From assembly GCF_001194135.2 (NCBI RefSeq), contig NC_068984.1, positions 63,275,482 to 63,311,191 on the forward strand: 35,710 bases of DNA, in the 5' to 3' direction. Of this stretch, positions 1-11,452 are shown one piece after another. The first letter of the stretch is position 1; each line of letters begins with the position of its first letter. Made by a program: the position numbers and the translations under genes. The notes below the pieces were generated by a model, which made no database searches, had not been told where the DNA came from, and was given only the letters and a program-made list of their open reading frames with translations. The stretch comes from Octopus bimaculoides (taxonomy: Eukaryota).

Positions 1-27
1 TATATATATATATATATATATATATAT
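1..27. repeat. (TA)n microsatellite
   Basis: Direct reading of the sequence. Confidence 0.95.
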
Positions 28-1207
28 GCTGAATGGGCAGGGAGAACAGATGGACATTTGTCTAGATTTCAGGTTGTATTTCAAATAACTAATTAGAATG
101 AGTGAAAAATGCGATAACTCTTGAGCATATCAACTGCAGGAAATGTGTCTGGGTTAGTAGAACATTGATTCAGCAATAATTCAATAAAGCTCGACATATT
201 TCATTTGCAGACATACAAGGCTTTGCTTTCATGCGAAAGGAAATGACAACTTACTAACACGTGTACACACATAAGCACACACAAAATGAACACACAGTTT
301 CCATATGCATGCACTTAAATTCAAATACTCACACACATATTAGCACTCACTTATACACACACTTGCAGAGAGACACATAAGTGACTCCATAAATCAAATA
401 AAATAACAACGTGAAGTGGAATAGTTCTCAAGTAAAAGAGTTATGTGATAATAGGAATTAATTTTTAAAAGAATGAAAGTAAGAGGGAATCAGAGAAAGA
501 AAATGTGAGAAACCAGGAGAGTAGAAAAAAATATTGTATTTTTTTATTGACATAAAATCTAATGAAATTCTGGCTAGCCTTAAAGACTTGGAAACATTGA
601 ATAATTCAACTCGCAGTAAAATAGTGACGTTCAAGCGATATTTATATTTTCACTCAACTGTTTATTAGAAATTTAGCAACGTTTGCATCGATTATGTAAT
701 GGAAGCTACTATCAAAAGATTTAAAGCGATATAAACGACTTAGGAAATCGAAGTAGATGCAGTGCTTGGTCAGACGAAATGGTACACTGAAGTACGAAAG
801 AATAAAATGTTACAACGAAATTGAAAAAAAAGGTCAATAATATAGATTTCTAATATTGGCACAAGGAATTTTACTTTAGATTTACCCAAGTTTTTAACTG
901 ATAAATGTTTTATTGACCCTGGCACGATAAAATACAAAGTCATGCTAACATCATCACGAGGCAACTTTTCTGTCACTCAACTTCAGTGTTTTATTTGTAA
1001 TTATATTATTGACCTCTGGAAAAAGGCAAGCAATTACACTTTTTTTTTCCATTATTATCTTTAATAATTCAATATTAAAGATTTCTAGCATAGGCACGAG
1101 ATTACACATTTCGTCCCCATTATTTAACATGTGTTTACTTTACCCATGGTAAAATACTTAAAGTCAAATTCGTAAAATAATCAATAATAATGATTTTCTT
1201 TCATCAG

Positions 1208-1331
1208 GAGTAGAACTCATTTGTGGAAGAGTGAACAGTGGTTCAAATGATTACTGTAACATCACTGATATTGAGGAGCTGTTGTCGATTATAATTACCT
1301 CACTTTTTAATGCTATTATATTTTTCACTCT
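1208..1331 (+). CDS. Candidate internal exon (hydrophobic C-terminal half), host gene unknown
   Basis: Acceptor ttttctttcatcag, donor gtaagg, open frame VELICGRVNSGSNDYCNITDIEELLSIIITSLFNAIIFFT (phase 1 to 2). No recognised homology; could be chance. Confidence 0.2.
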
Positions 1332-1977
1332 GTAAGGAGGAAAGCCAAGAACGAACTGAGATTTATATTTTGAAAGCAAGAGCATGAAATTAAAATCAAG
1401 CGGAATATTTTTCCCAATCCCTTCTGTTTACTAAAATTTATATATGTCCTTCACAAAAGTTGTTCAAAGTATTGTTATTCACGCACAGTTTATACCACTA
1501 ATCTATCTCTGATTTCAGAAAAAAACTCATTTCAACACAGTTCAAGTAGTAGAAGGTCGAGAGAATTTGCTAACTTTTTTCATGCCAACGTGCACTCGTA
1601 ATCTATTCGTGACAAAGAAGAGAAGTTCTGTCAAAGAGACAGAGCGTATAAAAGATATTTGATTAAACACAGGTTCTTAGCGCCGAGTAAACACTTTCGA
1701 TGCTGCAGAATCAATGCAACCCTATAATTTGTTAGCTAATATGATATGATTGTAATATAGTTCCATTCTATGTTCTCTTATGTTATTTATCTTAGGAATT
1801 GTTGAATTACCTTTTGCAAGAAAAATTTCCCAGAGTTTGTCATCTCTTGCTACACATTGTGACTTCTCACAGAATTAATTTTAAGGGATTCCTTTCGTTG
1901 CTGTTACATAAGATTAGTATATCCATTTCAATAATACTATGTTTAAGAAAACAATATTATTACATAGCACTCATATC

Positions 1978-2142
1978 CGTTTCTACTCCAGGCACAAGGC
2001 CCGAAATTTTGGGGGAAGGAGTCAGTCGATTAGATCGACCTCAGTATGCAACTGGTACTTAATTTATCGACCCCGAAAGGATGAAAGGCAAAGTAGACCT
2101 CGGTAGATTTTGAACTCAGAACGTAACGACAAACGAAATACC
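1978..2142 (-). mobile_element. tRNA-derived SINE, octopus OK-type, missing its 5' head
   Basis: Reverse complement reads GGTATTTCGTTTGTCGTTACGTTCTGAGTTCAAAATCTACCGAGGTCTACTTTGCCTTTCATCCTTTCGGGGTCGATAAATTAAGTACCAGTTG...CCTTGTGCCTGGAGTAGAA. It has a B-box-like GAGTTCAAA and is clearly homologous to copies at 18803, 21709 and 21942. Confidence 0.85.
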
Positions 2143-2158
2143 AATTTCTTTATTGCCC

Positions 2159-3099
2159 NNNNNNNNNNNNNNNNNNNNNNNNNNNNNNNNNNNNNNNNNN
2201 NNNNNNNNNNNNNNNNNNNNNNNNNNNNNNNNNNNNNNNNNNNNNNNNNNNNNNNNNNNNNNNNNNNNNNNNNNNNNNNNNNNNNNNNNNNNNNNNNNNN
2301 NNNNNNNNNNNNNNNNNNNNNNNNNNNNNNNNNNNNNNNNNNNNNNNNNNNNNNNNNNNNNNNNNNNNNNNNNNNNNNNNNNNNNNNNNNNNNNNNNNNN
2401 NNNNNNNNNNNNNNNNNNNNNNNNNNNNNNNNNNNNNNNNNNNNNNNNNNNNNNNNNNNNNNNNNNNNNNNNNNNNNNNNNNNNNNNNNNNNNNNNNNNN
2501 NNNNNNNNNNNNNNNNNNNNNNNNNNNNNNNNNNNNNNNNNNNNNNNNNNNNNNNNNNNNNNNNNNNNNNNNNNNNNNNNNNNNNNNNNNNNNNNNNNNN
2601 NNNNNNNNNNNNNNNNNNNNNNNNNNNNNNNNNNNNNNNNNNNNNNNNNNNNNNNNNNNNNNNNNNNNNNNNNNNNNNNNNNNNNNNNNNNNNNNNNNNN
2701 NNNNNNNNNNNNNNNNNNNNNNNNNNNNNNNNNNNNNNNNNNNNNNNNNNNNNNNNNNNNNNNNNNNNNNNNNNNNNNNNNNNNNNNNNNNNNNNNNNNN
2801 NNNNNNNNNNNNNNNNNNNNNNNNNNNNNNNNNNNNNNNNNNNNNNNNNNNNNNNNNNNNNNNNNNNNNNNNNNNNNNNNNNNNNNNNNNNNNNNNNNNN
2901 NNNNNNNNNNNNNNNNNNNNNNNNNNNNNNNNNNNNNNNNNNNNNNNNNNNNNNNNNNNNNNNNNNNNNNNNNNNNNNNNNNNNNNNNNNNNNNNNNNNN
3001 NNNNNNNNNNNNNNNNNNNNNNNNNNNNNNNNNNNNNNNNNNNNNNNNNNNNNNNNNNNNNNNNNNNNNNNNNNNNNNNNNNNNNNNNNNNNNNNNNNN
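2159..3099. other. Assembly gap (N run)
   Basis: Run of N. Confidence 0.99.
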
Positions 3100-3199
3100 A
3101 TATATATATATATATACCAATACAGTATTGAGCATTTATTCTCACTGTTCATCTCTGTCTCTCTCTCTCACACACACGCGCACACTCTCTCTCTCTATA

Positions 3200-4152
3200 T
3201 ACGAGTGTCGGCTGAAGAGGACATAGACAGAAACAGATACTCTCATGCAATGTGACCAAATGAGATTTACTTTTAAACACAGTGCCTTTTGTGGTCCACA
3301 CACGTCTTTCATTGTGGCTGCAGTGCTTGGATCCCTGTGGCAAAGACACTTTCATCCTGTTGGCCGAAACATTCATCAGCATCAGATATGATGTCATCAT
3401 CACTGCAATACTGGTTCCTAGACTAGTCATTCTTTTTATCCTATTGTGAAATAGATGATACTCAGATGGGATTACATCATGAGAGCAGGTACGAAAGAGA
3501 ATTTTTACTGCATGGATTCTCTCTTTTTCTCTGGGTCAAAGCGATGAAGCTAATTCTAATCCTGAGTTAGAAAACGTTGAAGGAAACCAACTCGATCTGC
3601 CTCATGCAATGTCAGATTTTCCCGTGACGTGATAATCCGGGTACGCTTTTGATCAGGCGTCATAAAACGTGGTGCCCACCGAGCAGAAACTTTCGTCATA
3701 CTAAATGCATAGTGCGGAATATTCTCAAATCTCTCAAGAGGGATGCTAATAGAAATATCTATTGATTTTTTGTCAATCGCTTGTCATCCAACACCATGTG
3801 ATGGCAGCAGCAGGATGTGCAGACTTTCCGTCATCTTTAAGTTCTCCTTTTCCATCCAAAATTCAGCTGTGTAAGTTGTTGAAGCTGGAGCGTCATCCCC
3901 TAATGTAGCAACCATGTCAGTATGAATATGGTTTTTTTCTGCAGGTACTTCGTAAGACTACGATGCCAAATGTTGTCTATTTTCATGAGAAGTCGTTACT
4001 CGTTACATTTGAAGTCTTCTTTTAAAAGTCAGAGTTCAGTTTACCTGCGAAGAAACAATGCAGAGAAAAGATGGAATTGATATAAGGAAGATTTCACAGT
4101 TCTAACATCAGGCCTTCATAGTCAGCCTATGGATCGTTCAACCCACACTCGT
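3200..4152 (-). mobile_element. Mariner (Tc1/mariner) DNA transposon, internally deleted and decayed
   Basis: Imperfect TIRs (22/32 matches): ACGAGTGTCGGCTGAAG at 3201 and ACGAGTGTGGGTTGAAC on the minus strand from 4152, with TA at the left end. Minus-strand peptides HTDMVATLGDDAPA, MTKVSARWAPRFMTPDQKRTRIITSRENL..FLQRFLTQD (WVPR-type motif and first catalytic D) and C-terminal DESVFATGIQALQPQ*KTCVDHK. Confidence 0.9.
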
Positions 4153-5018
4153 GTGCGTGTGTGTGTGTATATGTGGGGGGGGGTCTACATGCGTGCGTGT
4201 ATTTGTATATACTTAGATATATATGAACATATCTATTAATATAATAAATGTAGTTAAGATGGATTATATCATGTTCTTTTTATCTCTATATCCATGGAAT
4301 ATGTATTACATTTCTGAAGTTGAAGACATAAGAAGTTTAAAATATAATAACAAATCATATTCTAGAATGAAGGTATATAATTTTGAATCATGAAGTTTTA
4401 AGAGTCTGGATGAATGCCTGTTGCAAAGTCGGACGCAATCTTTATCAAAATATCATACGTTTCTACAATTTTACCACCTGTCTTGGCTATATTCAAACAC
4501 AAAATGAATAATATTTAGATTTTAGAAATACTGTTATACGTGTAGTGAATTCTGATATTTTGGGCATATCAATTTCATATATGTGTGTAAAAAGAATTAT
4601 GTAGAATTAGGTGCTTTGTTCAAACAAAAACGTGGATGTTCTTCGTCTCTTCTTACGCTAATAAATAACACCAACAGATATGTTACTTAATTTCTCTTTC
4701 AGCTTTGACAAAATTATTCTTAATTACTTGTATCACGGATAAGATGAATAATAATATTTTCTTTTCGAAAACTCCAAAATCTTTGAAATGATTTCGACTG
4801 GATTGAATCAACTTCGGTATAGAGTGCGAATCAATTTCATTATATTTTGATTAGGTTATTGACTCGTGTAGTAAGGAGCATTCAGTGCATGAACATGAGT
4901 TTTCGTCTTGTAATTTTATTGAACCTTGCGTGATGAGTAGTATTGCCCTGTATTATGGTGGGAGCTTGTAGCTGATTGTCTGACTTGCTAAAAACGCCAG
5001 CCTGTCATTCCTCCTAAC

Positions 5019-5340
5019 ATAACGTATTTGTTTTTTGGTGCAGACACCACTTTAACAAGCAATTCAAGACGTATCGTCTTGGTACACTCTCTGGATAAAA
5101 TTTGATGTAACAAGTAATACGCCTTTGATCATACTTTGTCCAACTCGAGTTAAACAGATAGCAAACGATAACGACATTAGATACGCATTTCACTGACAGG
5201 AAGATACAGATGGTAGCTCATATCTATTACTGAGATATATGCCACAACGAATCACGTATCACATCACACTGCACGACAAAACTTAATAATTTCTTGAATT
5301 GTTTGTTAAAGTGGTGTCTGCACCAAAACAAATATATTAT
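5019..5340. mobile_element. MITE-like element with ~50 bp inverted arms
   Basis: 5019-5069 and 5292-5340 are inverted copies with a perfect 26 bp core (5033-5058 / 5303-5328) around a ~220 bp non-coding spacer. Confidence 0.6.
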
Positions 5341-5571
5341 CGTACTGCATGACAAAAATTAACAGCTAAGAAAAATTTACAATATCCCATATAAGAAGGA
5401 ATTATATAATGAAATACATAAAATTTCAATCTTTTCAATATATATGGTACAGTACATATGGTTGTATGTAAGGGCCATTAAAAAAAAAACATTATGATAA
5501 ATAGGCATCATTGTACAGACATGATTCCCATTCGCTTAACTACAAATAACTTTCAAGTAAGTACTGATATG

Positions 5572-6806
5572 TACTAGGTTGAGTCGAAAACTTTTTCGGG
5601 TTTTCACTGATAAGTTTTGGCAACTTGTATCTCATGTTATATTGCTAATATGATACAAGTTGTTGTCCAGTCGTTGCTGAATTGTTCATTTTTATTTCCA
5701 TATATAAGATATAAACATTAATTGTTTACCCTTTATTTTAGTTTCGATAATGTGTATTGAAAAATTGCAATTAGAGCCATTTAAGTCTACCTGTGGAGAA
5801 TAGGAATGAGTGTAAGGTCAACGGAGAAAGAAGTTAATGATGCGGAAGGTCCATGAACTGTAACGTATGATGACTAAACCTCGAAGACAAACAAAGATCA
5901 GAGAGATTTTCTGATGTAGAAAATGAGGCCTTGCTTCGAATAGTTGAAAAACAGCTAAGCACAAGACTTCATAATGTTCAGCAGAGCTCGGTCATTCACA
6001 AAGTACCATCAATCAAAACCTCCATAGGTTCGGCATTTTGGACAGTCGCTGTTGAGAATCTCGTCATGAACTGACCAATGACTAGGCTCAGTGTCGTGTG
6101 AACATTTGAAACCAACTGCTGACAAATTCTCGAAACGACCGTTTATGGTGTCAAATTATAATTGTGGAGGAAAAATGGATCTATTCGGCGAAAATTAATC
6201 AGTGGCTTCGTTCCGGCTGATTAATCAGCGGATTCAGTACTTGCTATCAGACAAGGGCCGTTTGAACAGAGGTCATGTTGTGTGTTTGGTGGAAATTAGA
6301 AGGGGTACTGCATGTTGAGCTTTTCCTAAATGGTCATGCTTTCAACTCTAACTTTTCTGGTTAACAAATGCTGCGAGTATATAATGCTTTGAAAGCCTGC
6401 TACCAAGCACTAGTAAATCAAAAACTGGCACTCCTACGCTATTTCAATGCCCCAATACACATTGCCAATGTGACCAACTTCAAACTTGAGGGACTGGAAG
6501 TGTTGCTTCACCCTTTTTACAGTCCAGACAGTGAACATCAGGTTATCACCTTTTCCTAGTCATGACTAATTTTCTGCGAGGACGGAGATTAAAAAATGTG
6601 GATGAAAATCAAAATGGTTACATGGAGATTTCGCCTCTAAAACTATCAAAATGGTATAAGCGTGGAATTGGGCTTCTGGTGCAACGATGGCAACATACAA
6701 TAGAATATAATAAGATGTATTTTGATGAACAAACGCTTTTCATATGTAATTTGTTTGAACTTTAACTAAAGTTTGAAAAACGAAAAACATTTGGATCCAC
6801 CTGGTA
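5572..6806 (+). mobile_element. Mariner DNA transposon, near full length (~1.24 kb), transposase pseudogenised
   Basis: TA-flanked imperfect TIRs (TACTAGGTTGAGTCGAAAACTTTTTCG versus TACCAGGTGGATCCAAATGTTTTTCG). Broken frames give EEKWIY, VMLCVWWKLEGVLHVEL, LEVLLHPFYSPD (YSPDL-type motif) and FLRGRRLKN..GIGLLVQRWQHTIEYNKMYFDE. Confidence 0.9.
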
Positions 6807-7384
6807 TATCGCAAGTTCATCGATATTAGTAGTTTCTCTCATTCGCGTTCATACTTTGGCAAAAAGAAATCATCTGCTTGGACTGATCAATTTAATTACA
6901 GTCAATGGAGTATCAAAACAAATTAATCACAACTGTTCATAGGGCATGCCGAAGTGAAATCCGAAATGAAAGGTATATTGTTCAGCATTGTAACCAAGTG
7001 AAATTATAAATCCAAATATTGTAAGTAGTACTATATATGAAGATCAAAAATCTAAAGTAGACTACGAACGTTATCCATAAATTTAAGAATATTCGCAAAT
7101 ATTGCAATATGATTCGAGTTGACAACGAAAACGTGGTTTTCATGATATGGACTATAAATATAACAGTATTCTCAACAATATCAATTAATCATAATAAAAA
7201 ATTATCTGCATTGTTTAAATATAAAGCTTGATTAATTTCATGTTTACATGGAAACATACATAAAATAAATGCATATATAAGAGCATGTAAACTTATGTCA
7301 ATCAATCAATGCATCAATCTCTCATTTACATAAGTATACATATGCATTCACTCACATATACAGACACGCGTGCACACACTCATA

Positions 7385-7399
7385 TGTGTAGGTGTTTGT

Positions 7400-7443
<44 letters not shown>
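7385..7443. repeat. (TG)n microsatellite
   Basis: Direct reading. Confidence 0.9.
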
Positions 7444-7450
<7 letters not shown>

Positions 7451-7708
7451 CAACATATTGAAAATGAAATAGAGTTAATGTTTTGGATACAACTGTCACA
7501 TTTACAATGTTTCTTGTGATTTGACAAACTCTAAGCTACGTTATTATCCGCAGCAGCCACTTACATCGTAAAATGTAGGTGGTTAAATAACGATTAATGG
7601 GAGATCGATGTATATCTTATATGTATGGTGTACTTATGTATGTCATTGTTCAGTTTTATTTCAAGATTTCTTGCCAAAAGAGAAAGAGCCAGTTTCTAAC
7701 CTAGATCC

Positions 7709-7852
7709 AAGCCCGACATATGTGTGTGTGTGTGTTGTTTTAGTGTCTGTGTTCGTGTACACCCCATAATCGTTTGACAACTTGTTGGTATGATTACGCT
7801 CCCGTAACTTAACGGTTCAGCAAAGACGACTGATAAAATAAGTATTAGGCTT
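7709..7852 (+). mobile_element. Octopus OR-type (CORE) SINE, middle/3' fragment
   Basis: AAGCCCGAC-(TG)n-...GCTCCCGTAACTTAACGGTTCAGCAAAGACGACTGATAAAATAAGTATTAGGCTT matches the recalled consensus and is homologous to 31830-32005. Confidence 0.65.
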
Positions 7853-7920
7853 ATGTATGTATGTATGCATGCATGTGTGTGTATGTATGTGTGTATGTAT
7901 GTATGTATGTATGTATGCAT
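7853..7920. repeat. (TATG)n/(TG)n microsatellite
   Basis: Direct reading. Confidence 0.9.
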
Positions 7921-8962
7921 AGAATATAAAGAAAGTCAGGTGGTGTAAGGTGGATATATTATTTCACCAGTTGTTATCTGTAAGATGTCAATCGTTTCGC
8001 AGCCAACATCATGGAATTATAATTTATTTTAATGTATAATCAGTTATTCTACATGTCTGCAGTAGAGTGTATGTTATAAATTGCATATTACTACATTGTA
8101 CATTTTACAAGCTAATGTAGTTATAGAAGCCTAGCTCTTAAGATCAACAGAATATCATTTTTACATCCATTTTTAAACTCCAGTACACACACGCACACAT
8201 ACATAGGGATAAATATCATTTGTATTCAATTGCATTGATTCATTGAGTGAAATGTAGAAAGAGACATTTGAAGAAGTACGTGGAGACGAAGATGCATTCT
8301 CTCATTAGATATTTCAGTAGCTGGGAAATGGCAACACCTTCTCAAGGTACAATCTAAAACAATATAGAAGCCGACGTTGATTAGGGAGCATAATCTGCGA
8401 CATATAGTGGACAGTATTTACAAAAGTATTTTAAATGAATAACTATGTTGGGATATCGTCAATTTCTACAATCAACTTGACCATTACGATGAAAATAAAG
8501 AGGAAGAATGAGACAAAATTTCCTTTTATCTCGCTTGATTATAACAGTTATTTATCTCCAGTAAAATATGTTGAGCATTAAATACATCTTGATTATTTGG
8601 CGCATTTACTCTTAATCAACGATGTAAAAAGAGATCCGTCCAGCTTCTTTATATTAACGCTATCTGCCGAAACGTTATAATAGCTGATTAGTGATTTCTA
8701 TGTAAGCTTCCATTTGATAGAGCTATTAATATCCATCGTAAATGATACTGTGTCCTAAACCCGCATTCTTTTCTTGTCTTTCTGCATGGATTGGAAATCT
8801 CAGAAGATAATGAAGGAAAGAATAACCGTGATATAGTTCATTGTATATAAAATTAAAAAAATAACAGAAATATCGTTTGGGATTTAAGGCTTTCCAATAT
8901 CTACAGTGATACCATGCAGTATCTCAAAGCATTTCATGACTTGATATTCAAAATTCAAGAAA

Positions 8963-9024
8963 GCGGCGAGCTGGCAGAAGCGTTAGCACACCGGGCAAAA
9001 TGCTTAGCAGTATTTCGTCTGTCT
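8963..9024 (+). mobile_element. OK-type SINE 5' head only
   Basis: GCGGCGAGCTGGCAGAAGCGTTAGCACACCGGGCAAAATGCTTAGCAGTATTTCGTCTGTCT, homologous to the heads at 18803 and 21709; A-box-like TGGCAGAAGCG. Confidence 0.85.
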
Positions 9025-9557
9025 CTTTTGTTTCTTACGCTTCGCACATGTGTTCGTGGTGAAAATTGCTGTTTCTTAGTGTTATTATTTATAATAACTG
9101 CTGTTTTTTTAAATTGTTGAATTTCATAACTGTTGGAGTTTTCATTTGAAAACACTAAGTGCTTGTAAAAAGCACGCGTTGTTCATTCCCCCATCGGGGG
9201 GAAGAATGTCGACTAGCGAGATGCCTACCGTTGCAACAGAGATGTTTGTTTTTCCTGTCGAAGCGAAGAATTGCATGTTGTCTGGCGAGGAGCCAACTAC
9301 GAGCAAAGAAATAATGAATTCCCCCGTTGCAAAAAAGAATAATAAAATGTATGAGTTATTTGGAGATGTGTCTGAAAGCTCGTCATAAGTTTCATAAGAA
9401 GAATAACTAAGTTTGCCAAAAAACAAGAGTATTGTGTCCAAAAGAATAATTGATGCACCTAGCAATGAAACTGAACAAAAAAAAAACTGAAAAAAAAAGT
9501 TTTGCGTTGGCAGCTAGGGGTGGAACCTAGCTGCTTTCGACGAATAAGTGTGATTTT

Positions 9558-10148
9558 ATGAAATATAGTGAAACGGTGCAAATAAATGATAACGTGGTTA
9601 AAATACAACCACCAGTGAAATTACTACTAGAAGAAAAACAGAAAACTATAATATTTAAAGCTTACTGTTTGCAAAAAAGAAAAATTAAGAGAATTACAGA
9701 AGAGGAAATAGAGAAGTGCCTGAAGCCAATCTGGAGTGACGCAGTTTATCAGACAGGAGGCAGGAAATTTGGTACGGTGGGAGTAAGATTTACCAGCAAA
9801 GAAATTGCACAAAAACATTCAGTAGAAACGCTGAAAACGGACGACGTGGCGCTCGTCCCCACTTATATGGGGATGAGAACATCCAGAATTAAAATCGCAA
9901 GGGTCCCACCGGAAGTGGATCCTATGTGGTTGGTGGCGGCAGTCCTAATCAAACAGGAAGAGAATATTACCCTCCTCCAGGTTGCCGCTACCGAAAACGC
10001 TAACTGGACTGGTCAAACATTTAGTATCCTCATCCAGGCTGACTCTAAAATAATTGAAGCAATTCCTGAGAAAATTGAGTTCGGGGAGGAGACCCACGTG
10101 GTGTTTTTTGAGGNNNNNNNNNNNNNGAAGGAACTGCAAGGAAAATGA
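9558..10148 (+). CDS. LINE ORF1 protein segment (Tx1-like), crosses a 13 bp N gap
   Basis: 196 aa ORF homologous to the ORF1 remnant at ~28500-29050 on the minus strand (shared PTYxG, KIxxVP, LVAA(V/I)L and W(T/S)G motifs). Confidence 0.65.
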   Translation: MKYSETVQINDNVVKIQPPVKLLLEEKQKTIIFKAYCLQKRKIKRITEEEIEKCLKPIWSDAVYQTGGRKFGTVGVRFTSKEIAQKHSVETLKTDDVALVPTYMGMRTSRIKIARVPPEVDPMWLVAAVLIKQEENITLLQVAATENANWTGQTFSILIQADSKIIEAIPEKIEFGEETHVVFFEXXXXXKELQGK

Positions 10149-10716
10149 AGAAGTGGAGGAAGAAGAAAATGATGAAGAAAAAAAAAAAGAAGAAAAAGAT
10201 CTGAAGTAAACAGCAAATAAAAGAAAAATACAATCAGCAATTCAACTGAGAGCGGCGACTACTACAAAACAACGACCAAAAAAGACTGTCAGAAGAGAAA
10301 AAGAGGAAAAGGGCATAATAGCCGTACACAGTAAAGATACTGAGCTAATGAGAGACATTCAATCAATTTAGACTGCAAAAAAAAAAAAAAATAATAATAG
10401 ATAACCTTTCGGAGAAATATAACAATTATGACGTGTATGAAGTCTCAAATAAGACTCAGAAATTTACAAAACAAATACCGTAAGATAGTATCATCAATGT
10501 GATTGGACTTTAATAAGTCTATATTTCATAGATTACCAGCCCCGATCCCGCGAGAAAAGGAAAAGGCGGAGACCCCACCTCTACCTGATCAATCTGTGTC
10601 GGTAATGAGACGGGATTTTAACAAATCTATTTCCCAAGACATGCCACCTCCAACCCTGTATCAAGAAAAGGTGGAGGGTCCCTCTCTACCGGACAGCCCT
10701 GATTAACAGGTAAGTC

Positions 10717-11315
10717 ATGTCTGTTCACATTGGTTGTATAAATGTTCGTGACCAAGAGATCTGTCCCCCCCCCTCCTGAACGGCTATGCGAAATAAGTTT
10801 CTCCAAGTCGGGCGGGAGGTGGGGGTTGGGTGTTGGTCCTACTAAAAAGAAACCGGGTAACCGAGAAAAAGTTGTTTTTTTTTCTGACCCAGAAGGCAGG
10901 CTAGTCGTTCTCGACCTGACATTCAGTTGTGGCAAGATAATCAGGCTAGTTGCTATTTATGCACCCAACATTATGGGCCCGTAAAGTGAATATTTTCATG
11001 ACCTGGGCAAGTTCCTGGCCACGTCGCATTCGCTAGTATTGTTAGGAAACTTTAACACAATATGTGACGCACATACAGATTGTGTTGACTCGAACATGAG
11101 TAGGAAATTGTAACCCAGGCTTACGGCATCTGCTAAGTCACTTTCAGCTAGCAGATCCATATAGGTTGGAACACCCGAACACTCCACAGTGGACGTGGTC
11201 AAATAGTGACGAGTCTTCCAGAACATATCTAGATAGGATTTGAATTAGAGAAACAGATAAATCCATAGCTAAGTGTCCACAGTTTTTTCTAGCCAGCTAC
11301 TGTGACCACAAGATG
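10717..11315 (+). pseudogene. Decayed APE-type endonuclease of LINE ORF2
   Basis: APE motifs spread over several frames with stops. Confidence 0.8.
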
Positions 11316-11352
11316 GTTACACAAAACATAGACACAAAAACAATACACACCC

Positions 11353-11452
11353 ATATATGACGGGCTTCCTTCAGTGTCCGTCTACCAAATCCACTTACGA
11401 GGCTTTGGTCGGCCCGAGGCTATAGTAGAAGAGAGTTGCCCAAGGTGCCACG
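11353..11452 (-). mobile_element. Octopus OR-type CORE-SINE fragment
   Basis: Reverse complement CGTGGCACCTTGGGCAACTCTCTTCTACTATAGCCTCGGGCCGACCAAAGCCTCGTAAGTGGATTTGGTAGACGGACACTGAAGGAAGCCCGTC contains the CORE-like ACCTTGGGCAA motif. Confidence 0.8.

Larger units (their letters stand above)
9025..11320 (+). mobile_element. Tx1/L1-clade LINE 5' portion (5' region, ORF1, APE endonuclease); RT absent
   Basis: ORF1 pieces at 9146-9388 and 9558-10148. ORF2 begins MSVHIGCINVR at 10717 and has APE motifs FFSDPEGRLVVLDL..IRLVAIYAPN, LVLLGNFNTICD, YLDRI and SYCDHKMV. The 5' boundary is approximate. Confidence 0.8.

Noticed and set aside
1081-1100. ATTTCTAGCATAGGCACGAG, resembling a reverse SINE tail
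   Set aside because: Only about 20 bp of similarity, too short to call.
2064-3255. Long ORFs of 331-381 aa in the ORF track
   Set aside because: They are artefacts of translating through the N gap; the same applies to ORFs over 17415-17563, 18933-19172 and 30853-31215.
8963-9024. tRNA gene call for SINE heads
   Set aside because: The A-box-like motif is present, but there is no cloverleaf and the sequence belongs to the SINE family.
9142-9465. 107 aa minus-strand ORF
   Set aside because: Antisense shadow of the Tx1-like ORF1 region.
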